Position numbers and translations under genes: made by a program. Shown here piece by piece: positions 52,870 through 64,000 of a DNA stretch of 64,000 bases. Source of the DNA: Octopus sinensis (taxonomy: Eukaryota); assembly GCF_006345805.1 (NCBI RefSeq), contig NC_043000.1, positions 35,278,001-35,342,000 of the forward strand, read 5' to 3'. The number at the start of each line of letters is the position of its first letter. Position 1 is the stretch's first letter. Below the pieces are notes generated by a model. The model saw nothing but the letters and a program-made list of their open reading frames with translations, was not told where the DNA came from and searched no databases.

Positions 52870-53175
52870 AGTGCTGCCTGACTGGCTCCTGTGCTGGTGG
52901 CACGTAAAAAGCACCATCCAAGCGTGGTCGATGCCAATACTGCCTGACTGGTTCCTGTGCCGGTGGCATGTAAAAAGCACCTTTCAAGTATGGTCAATGC
53001 CAGTGCTGCCTGACTGGCCCTTGTATCAGTGGGACATAATAAAAGCACCCACTACACTCTTGGAATGGTTGGCATTAGGAAGGGCATCCAGCTGTAGAAA
53101 CCTTGCCAGATCAGATTGGAGCCTGGTGCAGCCTCCCAGCTTGCCAGTCCTCAGTCAAGCTGTCCAACCCATGCC
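52870..53175 (+). mobile_element. SINE-like repeat, family A
   Basis: Three ~60-bp subrepeats followed by ggcattaggaagggcatccagctgtagaaa. Confidence 0.8.
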
Positions 53176-54221
53176 AATTATAATGATTTGCACCAAATAA
53201 ATGAGAGTAGAAGATATTAATTGTTAGTTGAAAAGGGTTTTTTTTTATATCGTTATTGTTACAAAGTTACAACTACTCTGAGTTGTATCTTCAGTTTTCT
53301 GTAGATAGTTAGCTTCTAATTAGTAAAGAAAGAAAGAGTAAGAGAGTTGTACATTGACAATCCCTAAATGAAAGGAGCAAATGAGCTGTGTTCTTTGGGT
53401 AGGTGTCAAGTAACCAAAGAGGAGGAACTGATTTCAGGTTGCTTATCTATATTCTTCCTAACCAGATTACATCAGGTTAATCAAAGGATATTTTCCTCTG
53501 TATCAGCTTTGACCCATGTATGTCTCAAAAAGATTAGAGATTACAGTTAACTCTCATAAATTTTCTAGTGCAACAGGCAAGAACAATAGGCAGAGAACTT
53601 GTAGAAAAATGTAGATTTAATTTGAAATCCTGGTTCAGAAATTGGAAGCTATAATCAACTGACTATAAATTTACCTTTTTTAGGCAGTTGAAATTATTTA
53701 ACTCCCCCATTTCACTTCATCAGTGTATTTCTGCATTAATTTTCCATATAAAGGGTGGAGGTGGGGAGGTCTTTTTCATTAACATCAGACTGATTAGTAA
53801 GATTTATATGTAAGAAGAAAACCTTTGCAAAATTTTTCAGTTAATTTTCATTTTAATTGTTTTAGAAATTGGAAAATATTTCCTAATGGCATCAGGATTT
53901 ATGTCTGCGAGTGGATCTGTGTATGTGTTCATGTAAACTTCCCCGTATTTTTACTCTCAGTCAGTGGATGATATTATTCTTTGTTTTTTATTTGTTTTTC
54001 TTTTATTTTTTTCATTCCATATTAACAAAATACAACATTATAAAGCATTAAATCAATTGGTTTGAGTATCTTATATGCATGACCAACGAAAATTTCTCTA
54101 CAAACTGAAGACTTTTTCATGGGCTTGGCTACTGTATATTCCCCTCTCTATATACATTTTCTGCCCTGCTGCTAACGCCATCTGCTGTCTTCTTTCCCAT
54201 TTTTCTTCTCTTGCTGCACAG

Positions 54222-54379
54222 AATGCTATTCGCACCAATTTGTCCCTGCATAAATGTTTTGTAAGATATGAGGATGATTTTGGATCGTTTTGGATGGTGG
54301 ATGACTTTGAGTTCGTTAGGCGCCGCCATCTGACTCGTGGACGACCCCGAAAATATCACGAAAGTGACACTGCTGCACA
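54222..54379 (+). CDS. FoxP: FoxP forkhead C-terminal exon, alternative form ([53 protein letters not shown])
   Basis: Branch-like GCTAAC at 54171, a long pyrimidine tract and CAG ending at 54221 (phase 0). Donor CA|GTAAGC at 54380 (phase 2), or read-through to TAA at 54381-54383. The peptide resembles FOXP1 exon 18b and the insect FoxP alternative forkhead exon. Confidence 0.93.
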
Positions 54380-57300
54380 GTAAGCACTAACTGGTTCTTT
54401 TCTCTCCTCCTCACAAACCAATTAATTCTGTCATGTTATCCCCTCCACCCCACTCCCAATCATTAAGATTCTCCACTTTCTTTCCTCTTTTTCATCATGT
54501 TGATGAATTAACTCTAATATTAGTTCTTCACCCTTTTCTTCCTCCCACCCTATTTTACTTCTCTCCCCGTTTTTTAACTCAACCTTTAACATGTGGCTGA
54601 TTCTCCCTCCTTCACTGTATTCTCTATACTCACTCGTCTCACTACCCCGCACCCCACCCAATAGACTTTTAATCTTTCTCAGATATTTCTGACCCTTGGC
54701 TCAAGATGACCAACTTTTTCTGTTTTACCATTCATTTTAGTGGGGAATTTTGAAATTTTCATCATTTTAGTTAAATAGATGTTCTGCAATTAGTCAAATG
54801 GCAGAGTTTTATTAGTTTAAAAAGAAAATCAATTAAGAGAATAATGATTGAATAATTAACACTACAAATTTATAATTATAAATATTTAAGTTCCACACAA
54901 ACTTCTTGAGGTTGTTGCTAAGATCTGAACTATTCTGTGTTCTGTTATGATTCTTCAGATATCCAACGTTAATCAACTATTTCAATGGTTCTCAATATTT
55001 CTAAACGTAACTGTTATGTTTTAAAGACATGAAACTAAGTCTGATATTCAGGGCTTTTATTTAGATGATTCCATTTGGATTTGTTTGATTCCATTTTACT
55101 ATCAAAAAGATCTTTCATAAATTTGCAGATATGAATTGTGTTTCTATGTGTTTGTGGTGGCATGTTAGGGATTGTATAGCCAAGTTTATTCTCAGCTTTG
55201 AACTAGCAGGATCAATCTTAAGGCATGGTACCTGGGACTGCCATAGGCTCATGTTGCTGACTTTTGAATAAAATGGAGTTCATAGAAACCATGTAGAGAT
55301 GTTTCAGATAAGCTGTACCAACTATAGATTTATCTGCTGTTAGTATATCTCATCTCAGCAACAATTCTATGTGTAAACCTTCTTGAAGATATTTCTAGGA
55401 AATAATCACCATTTTTCTGGCCAAATATTATTGATGACTTTTTAGAAATTCCTTTCCTATAATTATTGAATGAACTAATATTGAATTTATAATGTACCAA
55501 AATAATTAAAGTTTTATAAATATTTACTTTTAAATCACTTTGTCAATTAATGAAATTTAAATTAAAACTAGGTATTGCAGTTCATTTGCTTGTTTCAGTA
55601 ATATACTGCTGCCATGCTGGAGCACTGCCTTTAAAATTTGTTTGTAGAAAGATGTCTATAGAATGAGGGTTAAATATATCTAGTTATTTTTAGCCTTGGG
55701 TCATAAATACCCTACTATTCTACATTTTTGGCAATTTTCTCCTGTAACTTTGAAGAAATCCTTGCTTATTTCTTTTTCCACCATTGGATATTGTCCCTTT
55801 TATCATTAACAGTTTTTTTTTATTATTGTTTACTTAGGACCAGTTCTGTTCTTCATGTTCTTAAATATATTTAAACCTTACTTATTGAAATACCTGTTAC
55901 CGGCTTCAGTAGACATTCTCCTTTTAGCTATACTATAGTTCCTTCTCTTATCTATTCTATAAACCTATTATTAGCTACATAGAATGGTCTTCTTATTAAC
56001 TTCAATATAGTTCCACTTAACAGCTATGGGATAGTTCTTCATTTTATATATAATATAGATCATATTAACTATTGTAGACTTCCTCTTGTTATCTTTTGTA
56101 TAATCCTCGTAATAGCTGTAGTAGACTTCCTTTAATTAGCCGTAGTATAGTCCTCTTATTAGCTATAGTGTTATTCCTGTTATTAGCCGTAGTATAGTTC
56201 CTCTTACTAATGACATTATTGTTCCTGTTGTTATTGCCGAGTTCTTTACTTTGTATGTATTTTCATTAATTTACTTTCAAAACTGAATTTGTTTGAAACT
56301 ATTCCCAAAGTAAAACTAACAAAATATGATTATATATAAATACTGTATGTAGTTTAGCAGTATCTGCTATATTCCTTGTGTATACTGTATGTAGTGTGGA
56401 ATCATCTAGCTTCTAAGAACCACTCTGCAGCTGATAAACGGTTGCAATAAGTGCACCTGAGAAATTCTACTACAGTTTATTGCGAGGGACTCTATTTGGT
56501 GGCCACCACCACCACACACAAAAAAAAACAAATGAAAAATTGAGAATATTCTTTAACATTTTTGATATTGGTAACATTATTTTCTTCTATTTGGGTTTGG
56601 AGAAATGTTTGCTTGCATTATTCTGCTAGATGCCTCATGATGGTATTATATTCACCAATGCTAAAGATTTCCTTTCAAATGAAAATATGTTAGAATTTTC
56701 CAGCTCATTGAATTAGAAATGTTAATATTAAAAAAAAAATGGCCAAAGAAGGAAAATCATTTTAAGTTGTGGAAAATTTAATTTGTTGTTATCAAACAAG
56801 CATTTATTTATTGAGTACCTTTTAAATTTGATGAAATTATTTTCTAATTTCCTGTGTGGTACCTATTTTCATACTTTATGTCTAGAATTATTTTAATTAT
56901 ACAACATCGCCACCCCAACAACAATAATAACAACAACAAACATTACAATGAGGTGGGGAGGGGGTAGTTGGTTACTGTCGCGGTTATCTGAAAATGTATC
57001 GTGTGAAAAATATTAAACGAGTGAGATTAAATTGCTGTACATCAATATCTGTGTGTAAAGGTGTTGTTTATGATTTACTCCATTAAACATTCTCCCACTG
57101 CAACACCGTTTGCCTCTACCACCGTTTCTCAGCTGCCTCAGCTACAGGAGCAGCTGACAACAAACTGTTCACTCTAGTGGTGGATTGAGTTGCAACAATG
57201 CAGTTCTTGTCTCTTCTAATCTCCCAAAACTACCTATTACTGCTATAGTTTGGTTTGTTCCATCAGGTTCTATTGTAATTGAGTCTTAGCAAGTGTAATT

Positions 57301-58895
57301 ACTTTGGTAATTACTTCCACTCTGATAGTTGAGGAACTATCAAAGTGAATCACTAATTCCTTTATATTTTGTTATCAGGAACTCACAAAGAAAATATCAT
57401 TTTTATTTATTTATTTACTTCTTGCTTTACATTAATCTTTCTATCGAGCCTAATATCACTCCAGCTTCACATATTGGTAAATTGAATTGTCAAAGAATCC
57501 ACCAGAAGAAATCTATTAAAGCACTAACATTTTAATTAAATCTTTTTCCTCCCATTATTTTCCTTCTTTTCATCCTCCTTTACTCATACAGCTTATACAT
57601 ATGTCTTTTTACGTATGTGTTTATGTGTGGATATCATTAGAATATTTCTGTATATACTATCGATATTCATGTCTACATTCCTGTTCTCAAAGTAAAGAGC
57701 CCAGCTTGGAGATTGGTAGCATTATTATCCACAAAAGTGACAGACTTATAAAGCCCCCATTATACAAAAAGTTACAAACTCCTGTTATACAAAGTGATAG
57801 AATTTCAAGGCCCTGTTATACAAAGAGTTACAAATCCCTTTTAAATGTTAGACATTCTTCAACCTTTCTGCAGGATTCTTGTTTTAAAGATCGATGACTT
57901 TCGCAAGGTTCGTTTGAGTACATCGTGAACCAGGAATTGAAAATATGCCATCTTTTAAATGAATTTTTGTCATCTTCCTCTTTAACTTTTCGCACAAAAG
58001 AATCCCTTCCTCAATGTCTTTCTCATCCTTAAATATTCTCCACTGAATCAACATTTCATCCCTTCTAAACCATTCTCTGATGGTTATTGTTTTTTTTTTT
58101 TTATTTTGGGTAGTTTTCATCCACTGTCCCAAATTCTTTAATCTTCTTAGCTTACAAAACCAACATCATCATTTTATTATTGGATACGACATTGAATTCC
58201 TCTCCAGAATTCAATGTCTGCCAACAGTTTTACCAGTTGTGGTCTGAGTGACATGCTTTCAATTAATTTTCTTCACCTCTGCATTACTTGTGATGCTTGT
58301 CTTTCTAACTCCCTCTTTTTCATCTTTCTATTTCTCTTTAAATTCCTTTCCTGTTTCTTAATAATTATAAGTATGGTTATATTGTCTAATTATGAAACAC
58401 ACTCACATCTTGTCAATATGTTGTGCTTTAGAATATTTTGAGAGTGGAAAATGACGTTATTTCAGTAAATCACATTAAATTTATATTGTTGCGTTTGTTG
58501 GATGCCTTTTTTTTTTTTTTATCTAAATTGATTTAAAATAATTCAATAAACCAAGATTTAAAAGGAATTCAGAAGGGGGGAAAAAAACAAAAAAAATGAC
58601 CCCACCTTTTATGTTTTTTTTTCAACTTTTATAACATAATTCAACATGCCTATTTTCTAAACTTATTTCTGCCATGGAATTTGTGTGTGTTTGTGTGTGT
58701 GTATTAGTAACTGAATAAGTTAAGGGTTTTGCTTCATGTGCATATATTTACCTTTAAATGATTAATATGCAAAAAGTTAAACTTTCTTAAAATCTTCATT
58801 TCTTCCATTGAGAATCTGTTTCACAATTCTCCTTGAAAATATTTTCATTTTCTGTCGATATTAATGATTATCTCAAGTTACTTTCAAAATGAGAG

Positions 58896-59333
58896 TTACT
58901 ATTTTTAAATCTCACAATGAGAGATATTCAGCAACAGTACTTTGGAGTAAAGATTATTTGCCAACATAACATGGCAGTCCTGGTTTAGGATGAATGTTGC
59001 TGCAATTTAACCCCAGGAAACATCGTCTCCAGCTGGCTATACGACACGATCTGTGTCCTTATATTTTCGAACAAGGGAATCTAGCACCCCACTCAGTCTA
59101 GCATCCCAGCTCAAAATAATATCTGTGTGCTGATGAAGGGAAATAACTTGGAAGTCATGACAGGTATTGTTCTGAGCTGAGTGGGGGTGCTAGATTCCCT
59201 TGTTCGAAAATATAAGGACACAGATCGTGTCATATTGCCAGCTGGAGATGATGTCTCCTGGGGCTAAATTAAAGCAACATTCGTCCTAAACCGGGACTGC
59301 CATGTTATGTTGGCAAACAATTTTTACTCCAAA
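58896..59333 (+). mobile_element. Penelope-like repeat, family 2: long hairpin with a hammerhead-like motif at the apex
   Basis: The arms tttggagtaaa... (58941) and ...tttactccaaa (59333) are complementary. CTGATGAAGGGAAATAACTTGGAA starts at 59130. Confidence 0.7.
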
Positions 59334-59663
59334 ATGAAAGTTTTTAAACCATTTGAAGTCAACACCAGCTGAAATAGATATTGTATAGAACTGTTCGAAC
59401 ATATGAGAGATATAAATGACAAAGTTATCAAAGAATACAAGTTGGAGGCTGGCAGTTGTTCTGGAAGCAAGACTCCATTATTGTCACTTTATAATAAATA
59501 TAAAATATCTTACCAAAAATCTTCCCAAATGAAATATTAGCCTAATTCATAACAATACCTCATTTACATGCTTTAATTCATTTGTCAATCTTTCTCTAAT
59601 GAATGCTAAATATTATTGTGATGTCTTTCTCCAGAAGGCTAAAAAACAGTAAACAAATATTAA

Positions 59664-59884
59664 CCCTTTCATTACAGTATTTATTTTGAGATGCTCTGTG
59701 TTTCTTTCAATTATTTTAAATATAACAAAGAATTTAGTAAAATTAATTAGTTATCATTAAGTTAGTGTTAGGAACATAAATTGTGACTAAGGTTTGGTGG
59801 AAGATTTTAATTCAAAACTTATGAAAACAAGACATTTGTACTACAGAGCCAGAGGTGGTTTCAGCCGGGTTGGTAACGAAAGGG
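59664..59884 (+). mobile_element. piggyBac-type MITE, second copy
   Basis: TTAA-CCCTTTC...GAAAGGG-TCAA, closely similar to 42746-42966. Confidence 0.88.
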
Positions 59885-61274
59885 TCAAAACAATAATTAC
59901 TCAAAGAGTCTCCAGTAAATGAAACTGGCTGAACTACTACAGTTAGGATGAATATGTTAATATATTACTGAAAGTAATTAGGACACAATAATCAGCATTA
60001 AATTACAATTTATATATTCTTTTGAAAAATTTGAATATGTAAATGTCTTTAATTATCCAGTTCCTCATCATTCTGGAACTGAAGTTTGTGAAAAATTAAA
60101 AGTAAATTTATTTAATAAGATTATAACTATTAACGATATGGTCAGGTTATATTGTGTGCGTGTGTGAGACAGCACATATGCTGATGAGTAATGAAACAAA
60201 AGCCGGCAGAACTAATGTGATAAAATCTGAAAGTCATTTAGTTTATAATATCTTATTAGAGTTTCACTCGAAATATTCCATATCAAAATATTTTATTAAA
60301 AAAAAATGAAACTTGTGAGTATATATGTATGTATATAATGTATATATATATATATATATATATCTCACATAAATCAACATGTGAGTATATATGCATCTGT
60401 CAGTGTCGATGATGCTAATATTTTAACTATATACACATTTACATCTTGTGACGTTTCTGCTCTGAACAGGTAGGTATGATTCAAAATCTTTTCTTAATTG
60501 CAAATTTAAATTATGGAAAAAAAAAAAAATTCTGTCATTTAATTGACCATCCCTCTGGGTTACATTATGGAATCAATATGTATGTGTATCACAATTCATG
60601 CAGTGTGATCTTAAATGGCAGACCAATGATGGACAGTGTCTGGAAGGTGGTTGTGATGGTGAAAGTCTTAGATGTTGTTCAAAGAATATGGAAGATATAA
60701 AGTTTTGTATGATGTGGCCACTACCGACTAATTAATAAAACATACACAGAGTAGCTCTCGTGTGAAAATAGCTTGAAAAGGAACAGTTTATATAAGATAA
60801 CCTAATGAAAATAGAAATAGTTCTTCAGTTGTGAATGATTTTTATCTGTTCATAGTTTTTCCCTAAACACAAATGGTGTGATGTTTGTTATTCTTCATTG
60901 AAATTTCTGGATTAATTTGAGTGGAACAAATGTTTTGAATATTCTATTGTGGAAAATATTTTAATGTTTGTGTTCATGTTTATTAGTTTGTGAAAATATA
61001 TATTATTATTCTGTAGACTGTTTAGTGAAGCTTAAAACTTTTCAGAAGAAATACTTGTTCCATAAATATTCTCATTTAAGGAATTAAAGTCTGTATTTAG
61101 AATCAAAGAGAATCTTTCGAAGTTTTTACTTTAATACTTGGTTATTTTTATACATCTTGCTAGTGTTGTAGGTGTGTGTGTGTGTTTGTCAAATTAATTC
61201 TAATGTAATCTATGAATCACAAATTAAAACTTCTTTTTCTACTAGTAGGGGGGAGTGTGTAGACATACCATACC

Positions 61275-61328
<54 letters not shown>

Positions 61329-62869
61329 CGTGTGTGTATTTTTTAAATAATATTTTGCTTAATAGTAATCTGAATGAATTTACTATATTAACTTAAAATT
61401 ATTTAATTGAAATAAGTTAAATCATTCCTGTCTTATTTTGATCATATTATGTCTCAGTAATTCTTGAGGAAATATTGGTGTTTTCATAGTTCCATAGGAA
61501 AACACTGACTTTCAACTTTGTTACAAATGATGCCATCACAAAAGCAACAAAGAGTTTATAATTTAATTGTTTTAACATCATTCTTCATAGAATGGTCCCT
61601 TCTGAATCACGAGGCTTCACATCCCTTCATGGCACATAAAATATATTTTACAGATTCTTAATTTGATCTTTATTTCGCTTCTTTAAACGAAGCATTATCA
61701 ATATTTAAAATAGTCCAATGGGAACCCTGACACATGGAGGAATATTTTTGCTTTTATTTAAGGTTCTGACAAATTTCTCAACTGTTTGCCATAGAATCAA
61801 TGGAAAGAAATAATACTTGCAGTCACATTTAAATTACTAAGAAATTGAATAGATTTACTGACGAGAAAGTAATTAGTAATCAAGAACAGATGACTTAATA
61901 ATCAGAATTTTAGTTCTTTCATCATAGTGTTTTGGGCTTTTTTTTGCATATTATAGAGTAGTATGAGAGGTTTATGTAAGGTAGGAGTAAGTCCCAGGTG
62001 GAGACCAAGGTAAGCATATAGTAACATTTGCGTTTTCCTAGGAAGTGGGGCATATAGCGATAGGAGGGTGTGTGTATATCTGTATGTAATGGGTGTGTAT
62101 GTGCATGTGTGTGTAATATATACATACTGACATGTGTATTTCCTATTGGGTCCAGCTAAAATCTTTTGTCATTATGATGCTAAAAATACCACAAATAAAA
62201 CACTTTATAGTGTAATGAATCATACAAACACCTTCACTTGCACGCACACACACACACACAATATAACTTAGTTTCCTAGTTCCAGTTTCAGTTGGCAGTT
62301 GATATAAATTTTCTCCTCTGGATGCAAAGGTAATGATGCTGATCACCATCATCATTTTATATCCATCTTTTTTTTTTTTATCCTTCTGGCATAAGTTGGA
62401 CATTGTTGCTGTACAAAAAAACTCTGGGCCAGAGAAACCATCCAACTTTATTATGCCTCACGTTGTAGATTGGGTCATTTTCATGTCACCACTGACAATT
62501 CTTAGGCTGTGATATGTAGAAAACACTAAAAATTGTCTTTTCTAACCAGTATCACTACTTATTTGAACATACCACCTCGCCTTTCCTAGAGAGGTAGCCT
62601 TTGATGGAGTTTGCAGAATCCACATGTTGCATGCATTTTCCATTTCTGGCATGTTGTTTACAAATAGACAAACTTCCTATCAATAACAACAAAGTGCTTT
62701 TTGAGACAGTAATATGTTGCTGTAGCATGGTCACAGAGTGACATTGATGTTAATGTCAGAGAGTGGCAAGGTTGGACTACTTTTGTATTCTGATGGAAAT
62801 GTCTCTTTATCCGAATGCCATAGAACCAGGATTGATTACTTAGTTTTAATGGTTCTTCACAGATAATGG

Positions 62870-63110
62870 AAGTGTGTAGCTTAGTGGTTAGGGTTGTTGG
62901 ACTCTTGTTTGTAAGAGCATGGTTTCAATTCCTGGACTGGGTGATGTGTTGTGTTCATGAACAGAACACTTAATTTCATGCTGCTCTACTCCACTCAGCT
63001 GGTAGAAATGAGTAACCACTGCAATGGACTGGTGCCCCATCCAGGTGGAGAATATATTCACCACAGAAACTGGGGAACTGGCCCCTACAAGTATATATGA
63101 CTCAGAAAGG
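62870..63110 (+). mobile_element. tRNA-derived SINE (another family)
   Basis: A-box-like gtagcttagtggttag and B-box-like ggtttcaattcc, followed by a non-tRNA body. Confidence 0.6.
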
Positions 63111-63199
63111 ATCTCCATCCTATTACATCTGCTTCCCACTTTCATGTATACCCTTCTATTTAATTGTGCTCATCAGACGTATGTACACATACATGTGAT

Positions 63200-63548
63200 C
63201 ATTGCCAGGGCCACTGATTGGATCCCATGCCAGTGGCATGTAAAAAGCACCATTTGAGCATGATCGCTGCCAGTGTCACCTTACCGGCACATGTGCCGGT
63301 GGCATGTGAAAAACAATATTCGAGTGTGGTTGTTGCCAGAACCACCTGACTGGCCCTCATGCTGGTGGCACGTAAAAGCATCCACTACACTCTTAGAGTA
63401 GTTGGCATTAGGAAGGGCATCCAGCTGTAGAAACTCTGCCAGATCAGATTGGAGCCTGGTGCAGCCTTCTGGCTCACCAGTCCTCAGTCAAACCGTCCAA
63501 CCCATGCTAGGATGGAAATTGGATATCAACGATAATGATGATGATGAT
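63200..63548 (+). mobile_element. SINE-like repeat, family A
   Basis: Subrepeats, the conserved 3' part and a (GAT)n tail. Confidence 0.8.
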
Positions 63549-64000
63549 GAAGAAGACTTGCTCTGGAATGTTTTTCTGCTGGTTGAGAATGATTTTCACC
63601 CGCACCTTCCTGCAATAACCAACAGAGAAATGACCTCGTGGTTCTCATATTCTACTTGATCCTACTTCTTTTTGAAAATGATGACTATATCAGGGCTTCC
63701 CAAAAGTCCTGGGGTACACACTCATTAGAAAGATATTGAGGAGAAACAATAGAGATAATACAAAAGTGCACTTGAGAGGCGTAACTTTGTTAATGCACTA
63801 AGTAGCTTCACTTGCAGCAGATGTCTTCACTGTTGCAGATGAAGAAGAGCAGGCCATGTAGCCCACATGCAAGCCTGCCACAGATGATTACTGAACAAAA
63901 ATAGTCAAACATCGACCTACAATGGACAGACAAAGAAGGAAAATCTATAAGTAAACAGCCATCTATTTTCCCCCTTATTGCCAATATTCAAACGGTGTAC

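Noticed and set aside
55930-56230. Degenerate ttattagctatagtatagttcctc repeats (similar decayed repeats at 28950-29130)
   Set aside because: Look like decayed minisatellites with no further structure I can support.
57131-57180. Possible exon after tttctcAG
   Set aside because: The phase-2 frame stops at TGA after 7 codons.
62870-62945. tRNA gene
   Set aside because: Has A/B-box-like motifs but no clean cloverleaf, and continues into a SINE body. The same applies to the other SINE heads.
63815-63905. Possible next FoxP exon after ttgcAG acceptors
   Set aside because: All three candidate AGs hit TGA quickly in the required phase-2 frame, and there is no FoxP C-terminal similarity.

Overview
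AT-rich eukaryotic intronic DNA, very rich in microsatellites, SINEs and decayed LINE/DNA transposons. The repeat families look like those of an Octopus/coleoid cephalopod genome, which is an inference from recall and not a database match. The window lies inside one large + strand gene, FoxP. I can place five coding exons by GT-AG boundaries and reading phase: 20362-20689 (Q/S/P/T-rich linker ending GPIRRRVSDKCNLPISA), 25930-26006 (EIQRNREFY...[12 protein letters not shown], with a possible in-frame 42-nt upstream extension from 25888), 28334-28435 (forkhead helices 1-2) and two alternative versions of the forkhead C-terminal exon. These are 43279-43400 (canonical [13 protein letters not shown]...) and 54222-54379 ([13 protein letters not shown]...RGRPRKY). 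Both start in phase 0 and can end in phase 2, so they look like mutually exclusive exons that swap the DNA-recognition helix, as in vertebrate FOXP1-ES exon 18b and the insect FoxP second isoform. The zinc-finger/leucine-zipper exons and the last exon(s) were not found and probably lie outside the window. The introns also hold Penelope-type inverted repeats carrying minimal hammerhead-ribozyme motifs, a near-perfect 100-bp hairpin and opposed SINE clusters between the two alternative exons. Other intronic features are a piggyBac MITE with its empty site next to it, a 40-bp minisatellite and a candidate RFX X-box/CRE/E-box element. Most entries in the ORF track are microsatellite artefacts.
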